From positions 454,325 through 518,324 of the forward strand of contig CBDCFO010000007.1 of the NCBI GenBank assembly GCA_965216215.1: DNA of 64,000 bases. Reading direction: 5' to 3'. The position numbers and the translations under genes are program-made. This document shows positions 46,333-56,024 of the stretch, one piece after another (the first letter of the stretch is position 1; each line of letters starts with the position of its first letter). The notes under the pieces were generated by a model. The model ran no database searches. It saw nothing but the letters and a program-made list of their open reading frames with translations, and was not told where the DNA came from. This DNA is from Bryobacterales bacterium (GTDB taxonomy: Bacteria > Acidobacteriota > Terriglobia > Bryobacterales > UBA6623).

Positions 46333-49300
46333 CTAGGAGTGCTCCGCGCCACCAGCGGTCTGAGCAGGCGCATCGCGGGCCGCGTGTGATACCGGCTCAG
46401 ATCTGCCTGGTGCTCCGGCGTTCCGGGGTACGCCTCGCCCGGTCCGTAGGGGTACCCGCTCATCGAGTGGAACGGCAGCGGCTCGACCGAGTCCCCGAAG
46501 GCTGTATTGGACTCGTTCTCCTTGGCCCAGCCGTCAACAAAGAGCAAGTAGTCCCGTGTCCAGCCTGCGGGGAGCTGGGGAAGTCCGGCGGAGGGAAAGC
46601 GTAGCTCGATTTCGTCTCCAGCACCCATGATCACGAATCGGTCGTCTTCGCGGTCGAGGAGTTCCCGCACATCGCCGAATCGCGTGTAGCGCCCGGGCGT
46701 CGGGTTCCAGTTCGTCGTTGCCGAGACTTCCTGGTAGTCGAATCGCTCCGGCTGCCCGCGACCGTCCGTGACGTAGTTCCGGGAGAAGCCCCGGAACCGC
46801 AGGCGGGGAGTCGTCGCGCTCAGGTGGGTCAGCCGAGCATCAGGTTCGCTCGTTCCGACGCCGATATACGCCGAGTCCCAGTAGACGCACATGTTGGTCG
46901 TCAGGCGCATGATGCGCGCGCCAGAAGGGATCTTGCCGCGAAGGTCCACTGCGATCGTGCGGAGCGTGCCCCCGGGCAAGCCGACATCGGCTACGGCGGT
47001 GACCCACTCGCCACGCTCGTCCAAGACCTCAAGGAACGGTGGCTGAACAGCCGCGCTCTTGGTCTGGGAGGCCGCCACGATGCTGCTGGCCGAAGACCAG
47101 TCAACCCAGGCTTCGAGAAAAAGCACGGCATCCTCGGAGTCGAACTCCGGGAACTCCAGCATTAGCGAGTGACGCTCGGCCCGGTTCTCGTAGTCGCGAC
47201 CGAAGTCCGCGTAGAGGCGGTCACCAGCAGCAACCCTGGCGAGCACGTCCTCGCCGCGATGGTTCGAAGCGGCCACCGGCCTGATGGCCGATGAAACACC
47301 GAAGAGCTTGAAGTCGGGAAAGGGCGGGGCCTTGGCTTTCTCGCTGGTGAGAATGCGAGTGTCAGCCGGATGGTCGACCGCGATCAGGCGGATCTTGTCG
47401 ATATAGGCGACCTCCCGCAGCTCTTCGGTCAATCGCACGTCCAGGTACCCGTCGCGGTCGCGCAACTGGTCACCGCGAATCGTGACGAACTCGGTGTGGT
47501 CGACCGGGAAATAAGTGCCTCGGGCGAGGCTCGCTCCTAGGGGGGCGACCCCCAGGACTTCGCTGATGTACTCGAACTCCCGTCCGTTCCAGGTGAAAAC
47601 CATGGGGCACGAACCGGACAGCCTCGGGGCCTCCTTGATCTTGACCTCCGCCGTGGGCTCCGCGGGCATCTCGTTCTGGATCAGCCCGTTCGCCCAGGTC
47701 ACGCGAATCGTGTCAAACCCCTGGGCCGGGCCCAGGCCGAAATGCAGCGGTGTCCCGCGGTACACCTGCTTGGCATAGCCGAGTCCAGATTTGAGCTCAA
47801 CCCTTGCGCCCGCGCCGATCGCGGGGCTCTTGACGCCCTCGAGCCGGACCGTCAGGCCGCGATTGGCGGTCTCGGTCCGATTGGCGGCGAACCTCACGGC
47901 CCCTTCTGGTCCGGCCGCGAGAAGATCTGGCCTGCCATCGGCGTCGTAGTCCCCGGAGACGGCGAATCCAGGCGGCAGTTCGTCGCTGGAGTCGATCTCG
48001 CCGAACGCGAGCCCGCCGCGGTTGGCCAGCACGCCGTTCGCGGTGGCGGCGTCAACCCGCCCACGCAACTCGAAATCCGCCCACGCCTCAACCCGCGCGA
48101 TGGCCGGACCACGGCGCAATTCGCCGTAGTGATTCTGGAGCAACAGTGTCTCGACCTGCGCGGTCACGGCAACGTCGAGGAATCCGTCATGATTGGCATC
48201 CACGATGTCCACGCGGACACGCCCGGAAGGCACGGTCGCGCCTTCGATCTCGACCGCCTCGCCGTACACGCCGAGCTTGCGATCCTGGTGCACGCTGACG
48301 CCATCCCCGTAGACCGCGATGAAGTCGTGGCCGTTGTCCTCGAAGAGTTCGGCAGTGGCGGCCCCCCGGATCCTCCCTTCACCGAATGGGAACTCGCCGC
48401 TGACATCCGTCAGTGATCCCTCTCCATCGTTCTGGAACAAGCGCTTTTCCTGCCCGAGCGCAAAGAGGTCGTAGTCGTTGTCGTGGTCGTAGTCGGCGAA
48501 CATGCACAGGTCGAATCCGCCTGCCTGCGAAAACGCCTGCCGGAACCTCTGCCCCTGATCGTTCACGAGGACCTCGACCCCGTTGTCGTCTACACGGCAC
48601 AGGTCGGCCAGGCCGTCGCCGTCGAAATCTCCGGCACCATAGTGGCTGGCACCCGCCAAGCTGACCGGTGCGGCCTCCGGACCGTCGGACGCACCGCCCA
48701 AGAGCGCGACAGAGCTCTGCCTGGACCAAATGATCGCGTCGGCGAACCCGTCCCCGTTCAGGTCCAGGCTCGACGCACCAAGCGCGTCCCCGTCCAGCCG
48801 TGCGACGTCGCGTGTCTCGAACTTGTAGGGAACCGCAGGAGCTGCGTCACCGGTCGCGAGCGACGGGTCGTAGAGTTCCGAATAGAAGCTCCAGTCGACG
48901 TCCTCCCCGACCGCCGCGTCTTCGGTCGCCGCCTTGAGCCCCTTGAATATCTCGAGTTCCTGAGTCGCCCGCTCGGGGTCAGTGCGCCGAAGAATGCCGA
49001 ACAGCTGAAAGTGCGGAGCGGCAAGCGACGGGTCAAGCTCGATCGTCCGATCGAACTTCTCGATGGCGCGGCGCGTGTTCCCGATTTGCTTGTACAACGC
49101 TCCGAGGTTGTATTGCGTCTTGGCCTCGCGCGGTCGGAGCCGCTCCATTTGAAGCAACTGGTCAATCGCTTTCTCCGCTTCGCCGGACTTCTTGTATTCG
49201 ATCCCGAGATTGAAGTACGTGTGGGGCAGCGAACGATCGAGCTTCTGAGCCGTGACGATGTGGTCGATCCCCTCTTCGCGTTCCCCGGCCCGCAGAAGCG

Positions 49301-49562
49301 CCAGGCCAAAGTTCAGGTGCTCTCGCGCAGAGTCAGGATTCAGGTCCAGCGCCTTCCTTAGCTGTTCGACAGCCTGCCGGGAAGACCCGGGGGTTTCGTA
49401 GAAGGCCTTGCCGAGATTTCGCGCTTCCTGGAGCAGGACCCCTCCGCGCGAGCTCGCCGGGGTCTGGGCGGTTGCGAGCATCCACCAAGCCGCGCCGCAC
49501 GCGAGTGCGAAGCCGACCGCCCCCACGACCCCCACTTGGGACTTCAAGGAATTCACTCGCAT
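46329..49562 (-). CDS. TPR + FG-GAP/VCBS repeat + ASPIC/UnbV-like protein
   Basis: Start at ATG 49562 (MRVNSLKSQVGVVGAVGFALACGAAWW). N-terminal TPRs, then the repeats DLNGDGFADAI, DFDGDGLADL, DYDHDNDYDLF, DANHDGFLDV and DYDADGRPDLL, and a long C-terminal beta-rich region. Confidence 0.78.
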   Translation of the reverse strand: MRVNSLKSQVGVVGAVGFALACGAAWWMLATAQTPASSRGGVLLQEARNLGKAFYETPGSSRQAVEQLRKALDLNPDSAREHLNFGLALLRAGEREEGIDHIVTAQKLDRSLPHTYFNLGIEYKKSGEAEKAIDQLLQMERLRPREAKTQYNLGALYKQIGNTRRAIEKFDRTIELDPSLAAPHFQLFGILRRTDPERATQELEIFKGLKAATEDAAVGEDVDWSFYSELYDPSLATGDAAPAVPYKFETRDVARLDGDALGASSLDLNGDGFADAIIWSRQSSVALLGGASDGPEAAPVSLAGASHYGAGDFDGDGLADLCRVDDNGVEVLVNDQGQRFRQAFSQAGGFDLCMFADYDHDNDYDLFALGQEKRLFQNDGEGSLTDVSGEFPFGEGRIRGAATAELFEDNGHDFIAVYGDGVSVHQDRKLGVYGEAVEIEGATVPSGRVRVDIVDANHDGFLDVAVTAQVETLLLQNHYGELRRGPAIARVEAWADFELRGRVDAATANGVLANRGGLAFGEIDSSDELPPGFAVSGDYDADGRPDLLAAGPEGAVRFAANRTETANRGLTVRLEGVKSPAIGAGARVELKSGLGYAKQVYRGTPLHFGLGPAQGFDTIRVTWANGLIQNEMPAEPTAEVKIKEAPRLSGSCPMVFTWNGREFEYISEVLGVAPLGASLARGTYFPVDHTEFVTIRGDQLRDRDGYLDVRLTEELREVAYIDKIRLIAVDHPADTRILTSEKAKAPPFPDFKLFGVSSAIRPVAASNHRGEDVLARVAAGDRLYADFGRDYENRAERHSLMLEFPEFDSEDAVLFLEAWVDWSSASSIVAASQTKSAAVQPPFLEVLDERGEWVTAVADVGLPGGTLRTIAVDLRGKIPSGARIMRLTTNMCVYWDSAYIGVGTSEPDARLTHLSATTPRLRFRGFSRNYVTDGRGQPERFDYQEVSATTNWNPTPGRYTRFGDVRELLDREDDRFVIMGAGDEIELRFPSAGLPQLPAGWTRDYLLFVDGWAKENESNTAFGDSVEPLPFHSMSGYPYGPGEAYPGTPEHQADLSRYHTRPAMRLLRPLVARSTPR

Positions 49563-49658
49563 GCGCTCTTGCACTCGCCTGCCTTGAATTCTATCAACCC
49601 GTGTCGCGGAAGGCCCTATGCCGGTGCCCGCAGAGGCGTCGGGCACAACCGGCCACCT

Positions 49659-52082
49659 TCACTGCTTCTCCGCCAATAGCCAGCCATTCGGGTCAATCAC
49701 GACCCGTGTTGCCGGGTTGCGCAACACCACAGAGAAGCCCTCGTCGTCACCACCGTAACCCACGAGGACATTCTTGACGAGCGATCGACCTGGGAGCGTG
49801 TGCACTTCCACCGCCACCTGTACGGGAAAGTACTCGGGCACCCCGCCCTGCGCGAGTCGCAGGCTAAAGTGATGGCGCCCGCCTTGGGCGGCTTGCTCCC
49901 ACTCGGCCGACAAACGCGGCAGGCCGGTGCCGTAGACCCACTGGTCAAAAAAGTCCCGGAGACTAGGGTCGTGGTAGTCGACCGGCACGAATTCCGCCGC
50001 CAACGCCCGGAAGCTCTCCGTTGTGACCGCTCCCGATCCCCGCTGATCGCACAGTGCCCGCAGCAAGGCGAAGAACCGATCGTCACCGAGGATGCCGCGC
50101 AACATGTGAATGATCCACGCGCCTTTCTCGTAAACGATGATCCTGTACGCCTCAGGGAGCTTGGCGGTACGCAAGCGCCTGCCCATCACGACGGGTCCGG
50201 CACTCTCGACGGACTCGCCGCCGGACTTGCGCACGAGGTTCCGAAGGAACTCACCCAAGACCTCGTCACGCTCCCCGACCCCCCTCTGCTCCTCGAGCCA
50301 GAGCAAGGACGAGTACGTTGCCAGGGCCTCCATGAGCCACGCGTCCTTGCCCAACGGAGCGCTCACGACATTGCCCCACCACTGGTGCGATATCTCATGG
50401 GGTCGCATCATGTCGGCGTAAAAGCGCTGCGACCCGATCGACAAGTCCCGTAACGGGCTGTCGCCCCGCTGAAAGTAGCTACGCGTGGAGGCGTACACAA
50501 GGCCGGGAAACCCTTGGCCGAAGTCGCCCGGCACGGGCGAGATCACAGTGACGGGCATCGCGGGCTCTCCGAACCACCGAAGGAAGGAAGCGAACGCACT
50601 TGCGCTCTCATCCGCGACTCTCTCAATATCACCAGCGGGGCTCTCCACACGCGGCCTGGTCATGACGACGACCGCCGGCTCGCTCCGGTTCCGTCGCCGT
50701 GAGGCCGGTGTGGTGGGCGGCATCACAACCGAGACCTGGGGCCGCTGCAGCCTCTGCTCCACCTTTTTCGTGGCGCGGACCTCGATGCGAAAACCATCCA
50801 CTTCACGGCTGGTAGCCACGTAGTCGCCGAGATTGAACCCGGCCAGCCGGATCGGCTTGCCACTTTCAAACCGGGATACTCGCATCCCTCCGTCGACGAA
50901 GTCTTCGACCCGCGTGCCCGTGGCAACCAGGTCTAGTCTCCCTGGGTAGCGGAAGCTCAGATCGTAGGACGCCAGGTCATTGCCAATGCGGGGGTACCAA
51001 TTGGTTCGGTCAGAGACGGAATACACTCCGGAGCCTGCATCCGAAACGACCCTGCCGCGGTACTCGAATTCCATGCGGCGCGTCTCCCCTGAACGCAGCG
51101 CCTCCGGCAGGACCGCAACCACCAGCGAACTGTCCGCGCGGCTGCTCGCCCCCTGGGGCTGTCGTGATTGCAGGAACTCAACCTCCTCGCCGTCGATCCG
51201 CACTGCTGTCATCTCGAGCTTGTCGGAGATTTCGAAACCGATCGCCCGTGCTCCCGAATGGGAAGCAACGGCAATCGCGGCAACCTTGACCTGCATGTAC
51301 AGGTCGGTTCCAAGGCGGGCGTCGATCCGGTAGTCATGCAATTGCGCCAGCGCGTCCAGCGGCTCGCGCCGGCCTTCGCGGACCGAGCGTGCCTCGAACC
51401 GGCACCAGACCTCGTAGTACGCTCTGCCGCCCGATCGAACCAACTGGCCCGCCACGACTTGCTCGGGCATCGTCGGGTCGATCACTACATCGAACCGCCC
51501 GAGGGCGCTGCCGCGGACAGCAGCCACGAAGAACCCGTCCGATGCCGGCCGCCCCGAGTAGAGATCGACGAGGGCGCGGGCCGCAGAGCCTTCGATCAGG
51601 TTGCGCAGGACGATGGACCAGCGCGGCGCGATACGAGCGCCTTCGTCGGGGTCGAGCCTGCTTCCCGGCGATTGCAGGATCGCCGCGTGGAGTTGCTCCG
51701 CCGTGTCGTCGGTGAAGAACAGCATGGCGTTCCGGAACTTCTCGTTCAGGATCGTCTCGCCAAGAAAGCGTGCCGTCGACTGTCGCTCGGCCGGGTCGGG
51801 TGGGATGAGCAGCAGCTCGCCGGTATCGGTGGGAGTCGTGGCCAGGAAGAGCGCGGCGACATCCCTTCCCAAGACTGGCCTAGCAAAGATCAAGTGCCCG
51901 TCAGTGAAAAAGAACTTCGCGTCCTCACGCTCCAGGAACACATCGCGCACGCGGTAGCACCGGTCCGGGTCAAGTTCCATATTCCTGATCGCCCGGAGAT
52001 CGTCCGCTCCGGTCGAACCAGAAGCTAATCCTGCGATGCATAGCACCGCCACTGCGAGGCGCACGACCACGTCAAGACTCAA
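49659..52082 (-). CDS. M1 family metallopeptidase (aminopeptidase N-like), secreted
   Basis: 807-aa ORF with HEISHQWWGN (HExxH), the downstream WLMEALATY glutamate, and a signal peptide. Confidence 0.85.
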   Translation of the reverse strand: MSLDVVVRLAVAVLCIAGLASGSTGADDLRAIRNMELDPDRCYRVRDVFLEREDAKFFFTDGHLIFARPVLGRDVAALFLATTPTDTGELLLIPPDPAERQSTARFLGETILNEKFRNAMLFFTDDTAEQLHAAILQSPGSRLDPDEGARIAPRWSIVLRNLIEGSAARALVDLYSGRPASDGFFVAAVRGSALGRFDVVIDPTMPEQVVAGQLVRSGGRAYYEVWCRFEARSVREGRREPLDALAQLHDYRIDARLGTDLYMQVKVAAIAVASHSGARAIGFEISDKLEMTAVRIDGEEVEFLQSRQPQGASSRADSSLVVAVLPEALRSGETRRMEFEYRGRVVSDAGSGVYSVSDRTNWYPRIGNDLASYDLSFRYPGRLDLVATGTRVEDFVDGGMRVSRFESGKPIRLAGFNLGDYVATSREVDGFRIEVRATKKVEQRLQRPQVSVVMPPTTPASRRRNRSEPAVVVMTRPRVESPAGDIERVADESASAFASFLRWFGEPAMPVTVISPVPGDFGQGFPGLVYASTRSYFQRGDSPLRDLSIGSQRFYADMMRPHEISHQWWGNVVSAPLGKDAWLMEALATYSSLLWLEEQRGVGERDEVLGEFLRNLVRKSGGESVESAGPVVMGRRLRTAKLPEAYRIIVYEKGAWIIHMLRGILGDDRFFALLRALCDQRGSGAVTTESFRALAAEFVPVDYHDPSLRDFFDQWVYGTGLPRLSAEWEQAAQGGRHHFSLRLAQGGVPEYFPVQVAVEVHTLPGRSLVKNVLVGYGGDDEGFSVVLRNPATRVVIDPNGWLLAEKQ

Positions 52083-52241
52083 TTCGTATTGTACGGGCGA
52101 TGCACCGTATCCATCTGGGAGACATGCCTGCCAGATGGGCCGGAAACCGGCGCGGCGCCGGCGTGCGCAACGGGTTTGGAACGATCCGCGTCTGAGTAAT
52201 CACGGGGCTGCAATTCCCTTCCCCATTCACCGAGGTCCAAC

Positions 52242-53273
52242 ATGAAACGCACACTCTCAAGAATCCTCATCACCATAGCTCCGGCGGCTCTCGTCGTCGG
52301 GCTCGCCCAGGCCGAAGTAAAAGCGCCCCCGGAAAGCGCCCAGCGCGAACCCAAGAACGCCAAGGAAGACGTCAACCAGATTGGCGACCGCGGGGTCGGC
52401 AAGGCAATCAACTTCTACAGCCTGAAGAAGGAAACGCAGCTCGGCAGACAACTGGCAAGCGAGATCGAGAAAAACGCCAAGATCGTCGATGACCCGGTAA
52501 TCGCCGAGTACGTCAACCGCATTGGCCAGAACATCGTCAACAACTCCGACGCCCAGGTGCCGTTCACCATCAAGGTGATCGATTCGGAGGAAGTCAATGC
52601 GTTTGCCCTGCCGGGCGGCTACTTCTTCGTCAACACCGGGCTGATCGAACTGGCGCAGGACGAAGCCGAACTAGCAGGTGTGATGGCCCACGAAATCGCG
52701 CATGTCGCAGCTCGGCACGGAACGCGCAGCGCGACACGGGGACAGCTGATCCAGTACGCGAGCATCCCGTTGCTCTTCATCGGGGGATGGGCCGGCTATG
52801 GCATCCAGCAAGCTGCCAACTTCGCGGTCCCGATGACCATGCTGAAGTTCTCCCGGGAGTTCGAGAAGGATGCCGACTTCCTCGGTGTGCAGTACATGTA
52901 CAAGACAGGCTACGACCCGGCGTCGATGGTGCAGTTCTTCGAGCGGCTCAAGGCAAAGCAGAAGAAGAACAAGAACGCTATCGCGAAAGCTTTCAGTTCG
53001 CACCCACTAACAGAAGCCCGCATCAAGGCTGTTCAGAAGACGATTGACGAACTGCTGCCTGAGCAGCCGGAGTACGCAGTTACGAGCAGCGAATTCGCCG
53101 ATGTCAAGGACCGCCTGGCCCGCCTGAACGCGAGACGCAAGCCGACACAGCAGGATCCGAACCGTCCGACGCTCAAGCGGCGCACGAACGACGAGCCAAT
53201 CCTCCCGGGTGAAGTCGACGATGACGAAGAAGCTGACGAGCGGCCTACGTTGAAGCGGCGCTCGCTATCCTGA
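52242..53273 (+). CDS. M48 family metalloprotease (BepA/LoiP-like), secreted
   Basis: Signal peptide, FALPGGYFFVNTGL, and HEIAHVAARH. Basic low-complexity C-terminal tail. Confidence 0.85.
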   Translation: MKRTLSRILITIAPAALVVGLAQAEVKAPPESAQREPKNAKEDVNQIGDRGVGKAINFYSLKKETQLGRQLASEIEKNAKIVDDPVIAEYVNRIGQNIVNNSDAQVPFTIKVIDSEEVNAFALPGGYFFVNTGLIELAQDEAELAGVMAHEIAHVAARHGTRSATRGQLIQYASIPLLFIGGWAGYGIQQAANFAVPMTMLKFSREFEKDADFLGVQYMYKTGYDPASMVQFFERLKAKQKKNKNAIAKAFSSHPLTEARIKAVQKTIDELLPEQPEYAVTSSEFADVKDRLARLNARRKPTQQDPNRPTLKRRTNDEPILPGEVDDDEEADERPTLKRRSLS

Positions 53274-53475
53274 TCCGGCTTTGCTCCCCGGGCGGTGTTT
53301 GCTCCAAACGCTGACTGGTGATCGCCAGCGGTCCCCGACAGGGACCACACAGCGGAAAGCTGCTATTCGATCTGGCGCTCGAGCACTCCAGCAGGCGAAT
53401 GGTGCTTCAGTCGAGCTTGTCGATGCTGTCCACGCCCGCGGCTGTCTTGGATGTGAGGTTCCCGCGAGGGAAGGA

Positions 53476-54737
53476 TCAATCCCGTCGCATCGCGCGCTTG
53501 CATTGCTGTTCGACGAGCCGCTCCACTCGGTCTAGCGCGGGCAAGGGGCCATGCAGGTCTTCAAACCGCTCCCTGGTCTCACCTGTCTTCGCACGTAACG
53601 ACTCAGCGATTCCCTCAACCATGGACGCGACGACTCCGGGGCTGATCCCACACTCTGCGGCGAGCGATTTCCACTGGTTCCGACCCGCGTTGCCGGGGTT
53701 TCGCTCACCACCTACGGCAAGCGCTAGATGGTGATTCAGATTCGCGATGGCGCGCGTCGGAACCAGGTCATAGAAGGGAGCTAGGCGAATCGCCCCGTCC
53801 AGCCTGTAAAGCAATGACAGGTTCTTGGTATGGGCATCTGAGTTGCCCGCCAGCACGTTGAAGATCTGCCACTGCAACAAGCTTTCCAGATCGTCCGAGG
53901 GTACGGCAGAAACCTCGCGTACTAGTCGACAGCAGCGAGCGAACGACGGCCCGCCCTCACCCTCGTACTTCTCCCGGCTGCTGTAGCCCAGCGCCTGGCA
54001 GAAATCCTCTTGATGCATTCTCAGGATCCGACCGTCGTCCCCAAGATATCGATCGTAACGCCTGACCAGCGCGAAGGTGTCCAGTCCAACTGTGTGCAAT
54101 TCGAATTCGACGACCGGCAGGCCCGCAGACTTGGCTAGCAGCGTGGCAAAGCACTCGTATGGAAGCACATTGGAGTATTCGAGGGAATCGAACTTGAGAA
54201 TGTGGGTCGATGGGGCGTTGTCCTTGGGGGGTAGAGTTGCCCATTCTTGAGCCTCACTGTCGTCTTATCTTGTGCCCCGGCCAGCGAGAGCCTAGCAGCG
54301 ACGTTCCCCGACGAATCCGCAGATTCCCAGCCTCGCTGAAATATCATCGATCCGAGTTCTTTGTCGTCGATCCGTTCGTATGCGTGGCGGTCGCACCAAT
54401 CGGGCTCGCTGCCATCAGGCAAGACCGAAAGAGAGCCGGCGCATTCCCCACCAAACGCTCGCAGCAACTCGAAATCGTCGTCCGGAACGCTGTGCCGTCG
54501 AGCAATAAGCGTCCGAGCCGCACGCTCTGGAAGTAAGTTCGCGAAGAAACTGTGGGCCCGGTCGTCGCCGATGGTCAACTCGGACGCATCCAGGGGCATC
54601 GACTGAGAGATCGCGAAGTCGCCTCCATGAACCCATGCCGACTCGTACTGGAATGTCATCCCCTGGGACGGACGACGCCGGAGCAGACCGACGCGCTGGC
54701 TCCCGCACCAGGCTTCGAGCAGGTCGCTAGCCTTCAT
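53476..54737 (-). pseudogene. hipA: HipA-family Ser/Thr kinase toxin, split by a -1 frameshift in a homopolymer tract
   Basis: The N-terminal ORF 54135..54737 ends ...LSLAGAQDKTTVRLKNGQLYPP, then goes out of frame. The third frame continues PPKDNAPSTHILKFDSLEYSNVLPYECFATLLAKSAGLPV into ORF 53476..54168 (kinase core). The switch is at the C6 run (plus-strand G6, 54226..54231). Confidence 0.8.
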
Positions 54738-55036
54738 CCAGAACGCTCCGATTCGATCCTGACGCCCCTCCGAAGCACCTGGGGCACCTCTTGTCTCGGC
54801 GCTATCACGACTTCCAGACCAAGCAGCTGCAACGCGTGGAGAGCCTTGCCGATTTCAGCAGTTGCCTTGCCTCGTTCTAGTTCCGAGAGAAAGCGCATGC
54901 TGAGATTGGCGAACCCCGCCAGCTGACGGAGCGTCCAGCCTCTGCTCCTCCGGTGTGCACGCATCACTTGGCCGAAATCAAGTGAGGACCGAACAGATCC
55001 GTAAGCCGGGCTCTGGGATGCCTTCAAATCAGCCAT
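54734..55036 (-). CDS. hipB: HipB-like XRE-family HTH antitoxin
   Basis: 100-aa ORF, RSRGWTLRQLAGFANLSMRFLSELERGKATAEIGKALHALQLLGLEV, with a 4-nt overlap with the hipA start. Confidence 0.85.
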   Translation of the reverse strand: MADLKASQSPAYGSVRSSLDFGQVMRAHRRSRGWTLRQLAGFANLSMRFLSELERGKATAEIGKALHALQLLGLEVVIAPRQEVPQVLRRGVRIESERSG

Positions 55037-55108
55037 AATTTTTTCGTACGGGACAATTCACGCGAAAAAGGGGATTTCTTGGCGGAATTTTTACCGTACG
55101 GGATTGTC
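55037..55108 (-). promoter_or_regulatory. Candidate HipB operator pair / hipBA promoter
   Basis: Two direct copies of AATTTTT-(T/AC)-CGTACGGGA, at 55037..55053 and 55086..55103 on the plus strand, 49 bp apart. The second copy contains the 8-bp palindrome CCGTACGG. They are flanked by inverted GACAAT/ATTGTC. The patch is AT-rich and abuts the hipB ATG. Confidence 0.45.
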
Positions 55109-55400
55109 TAGAGCCGTGACGGCATCCCACCGAACCATTGCAGAGAGCCGCACCGGCAGATTTCGGGGCGACACTCCCTGCGGGGGTGTCGCAGAGCACC
55201 CTGGACACAGCCCGGGGCACCATTTCCCGGCTGCCGTCATCGAGAACGCCATTTGCATCTGCTGCGGATTCTCGTTGAACGACCGTGATGTCGAGGATTC
55301 TGGTTCAAGACGATGCGGCGGGAACACACCTTCTTGAGACCCCGTCCAGCTGCTATGAGTCCTCGTAAGGGCTCCCTTCGATTCCGTAGAAGGTTGTGTT

Positions 55401-55937
55401 CTAAAAGCTTGAAAGGAGAGCCATCGTGGGTAAGGCCAAGACGATGAAGAAGACTCCAGTCAGCGCCCACGTCAACCATCGCTTCTCAGGGTGACGAACC
55501 CAGTAGAACAGGATGCCCAACAACCCCAGCGATTGCGCGAGCAGCTCGCTGTGAAAGCCCCAGAGCTGGACCCTGAGAAGAGTCGTGAAGATCAATCCTT
55601 CTATCGAGCCAGGCGCAGGACCGAATGTAGAAAAGATCCCCAACACAGCCATCACTACCCACATCGTCAACCAGCCGTACTGCGTGCCGAAGTACGGCTT
55701 GCGTAGCAAGTAGAAGACAGCGCCGAACAGCAACCCTCGGATCGGCTGAAAAAGCAGTCCTGCCATGACCATCGGATCGTCCAACGGTCTCGTGAAACCA
55801 TTCAGGCCTGGTTCGGCCCAGAGTGACTATTAGTCGAGGAGCGTCAATGCCAGCAGACCCGCTACGAAGTACGTCACGATGTGAACGACAGTTGCCCGCA
55901 GAAGGATGCCCGGCAGTGCCAATCGGTCAGTGTTCAT
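55401..55937 (-). pseudogene. Polytopic membrane protein gene interrupted by in-frame tandem stops (TAA TAG)
   Basis: Own translation from ATG 55937: MNTDRLALPGILLRATVVHIVTYFVAGLLALTLLD-TAA-TAG-SLWAEPGLNGFTRPLDDPMVMAGLLFQPIRG..., in the same frame as track ORF 55401..55784 (TTG-initiated). Stops at 55827..55832. Confidence 0.5.
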
Positions 55938-56024
55938 CGCTTGCCGTCCTCCCCCCAGCCGGGCTGAAGCGGGATCCGCTCTCCCCGCCCCGTGACAAGA
56001 CGCTATTGCTTTTCCTTGACAGGA

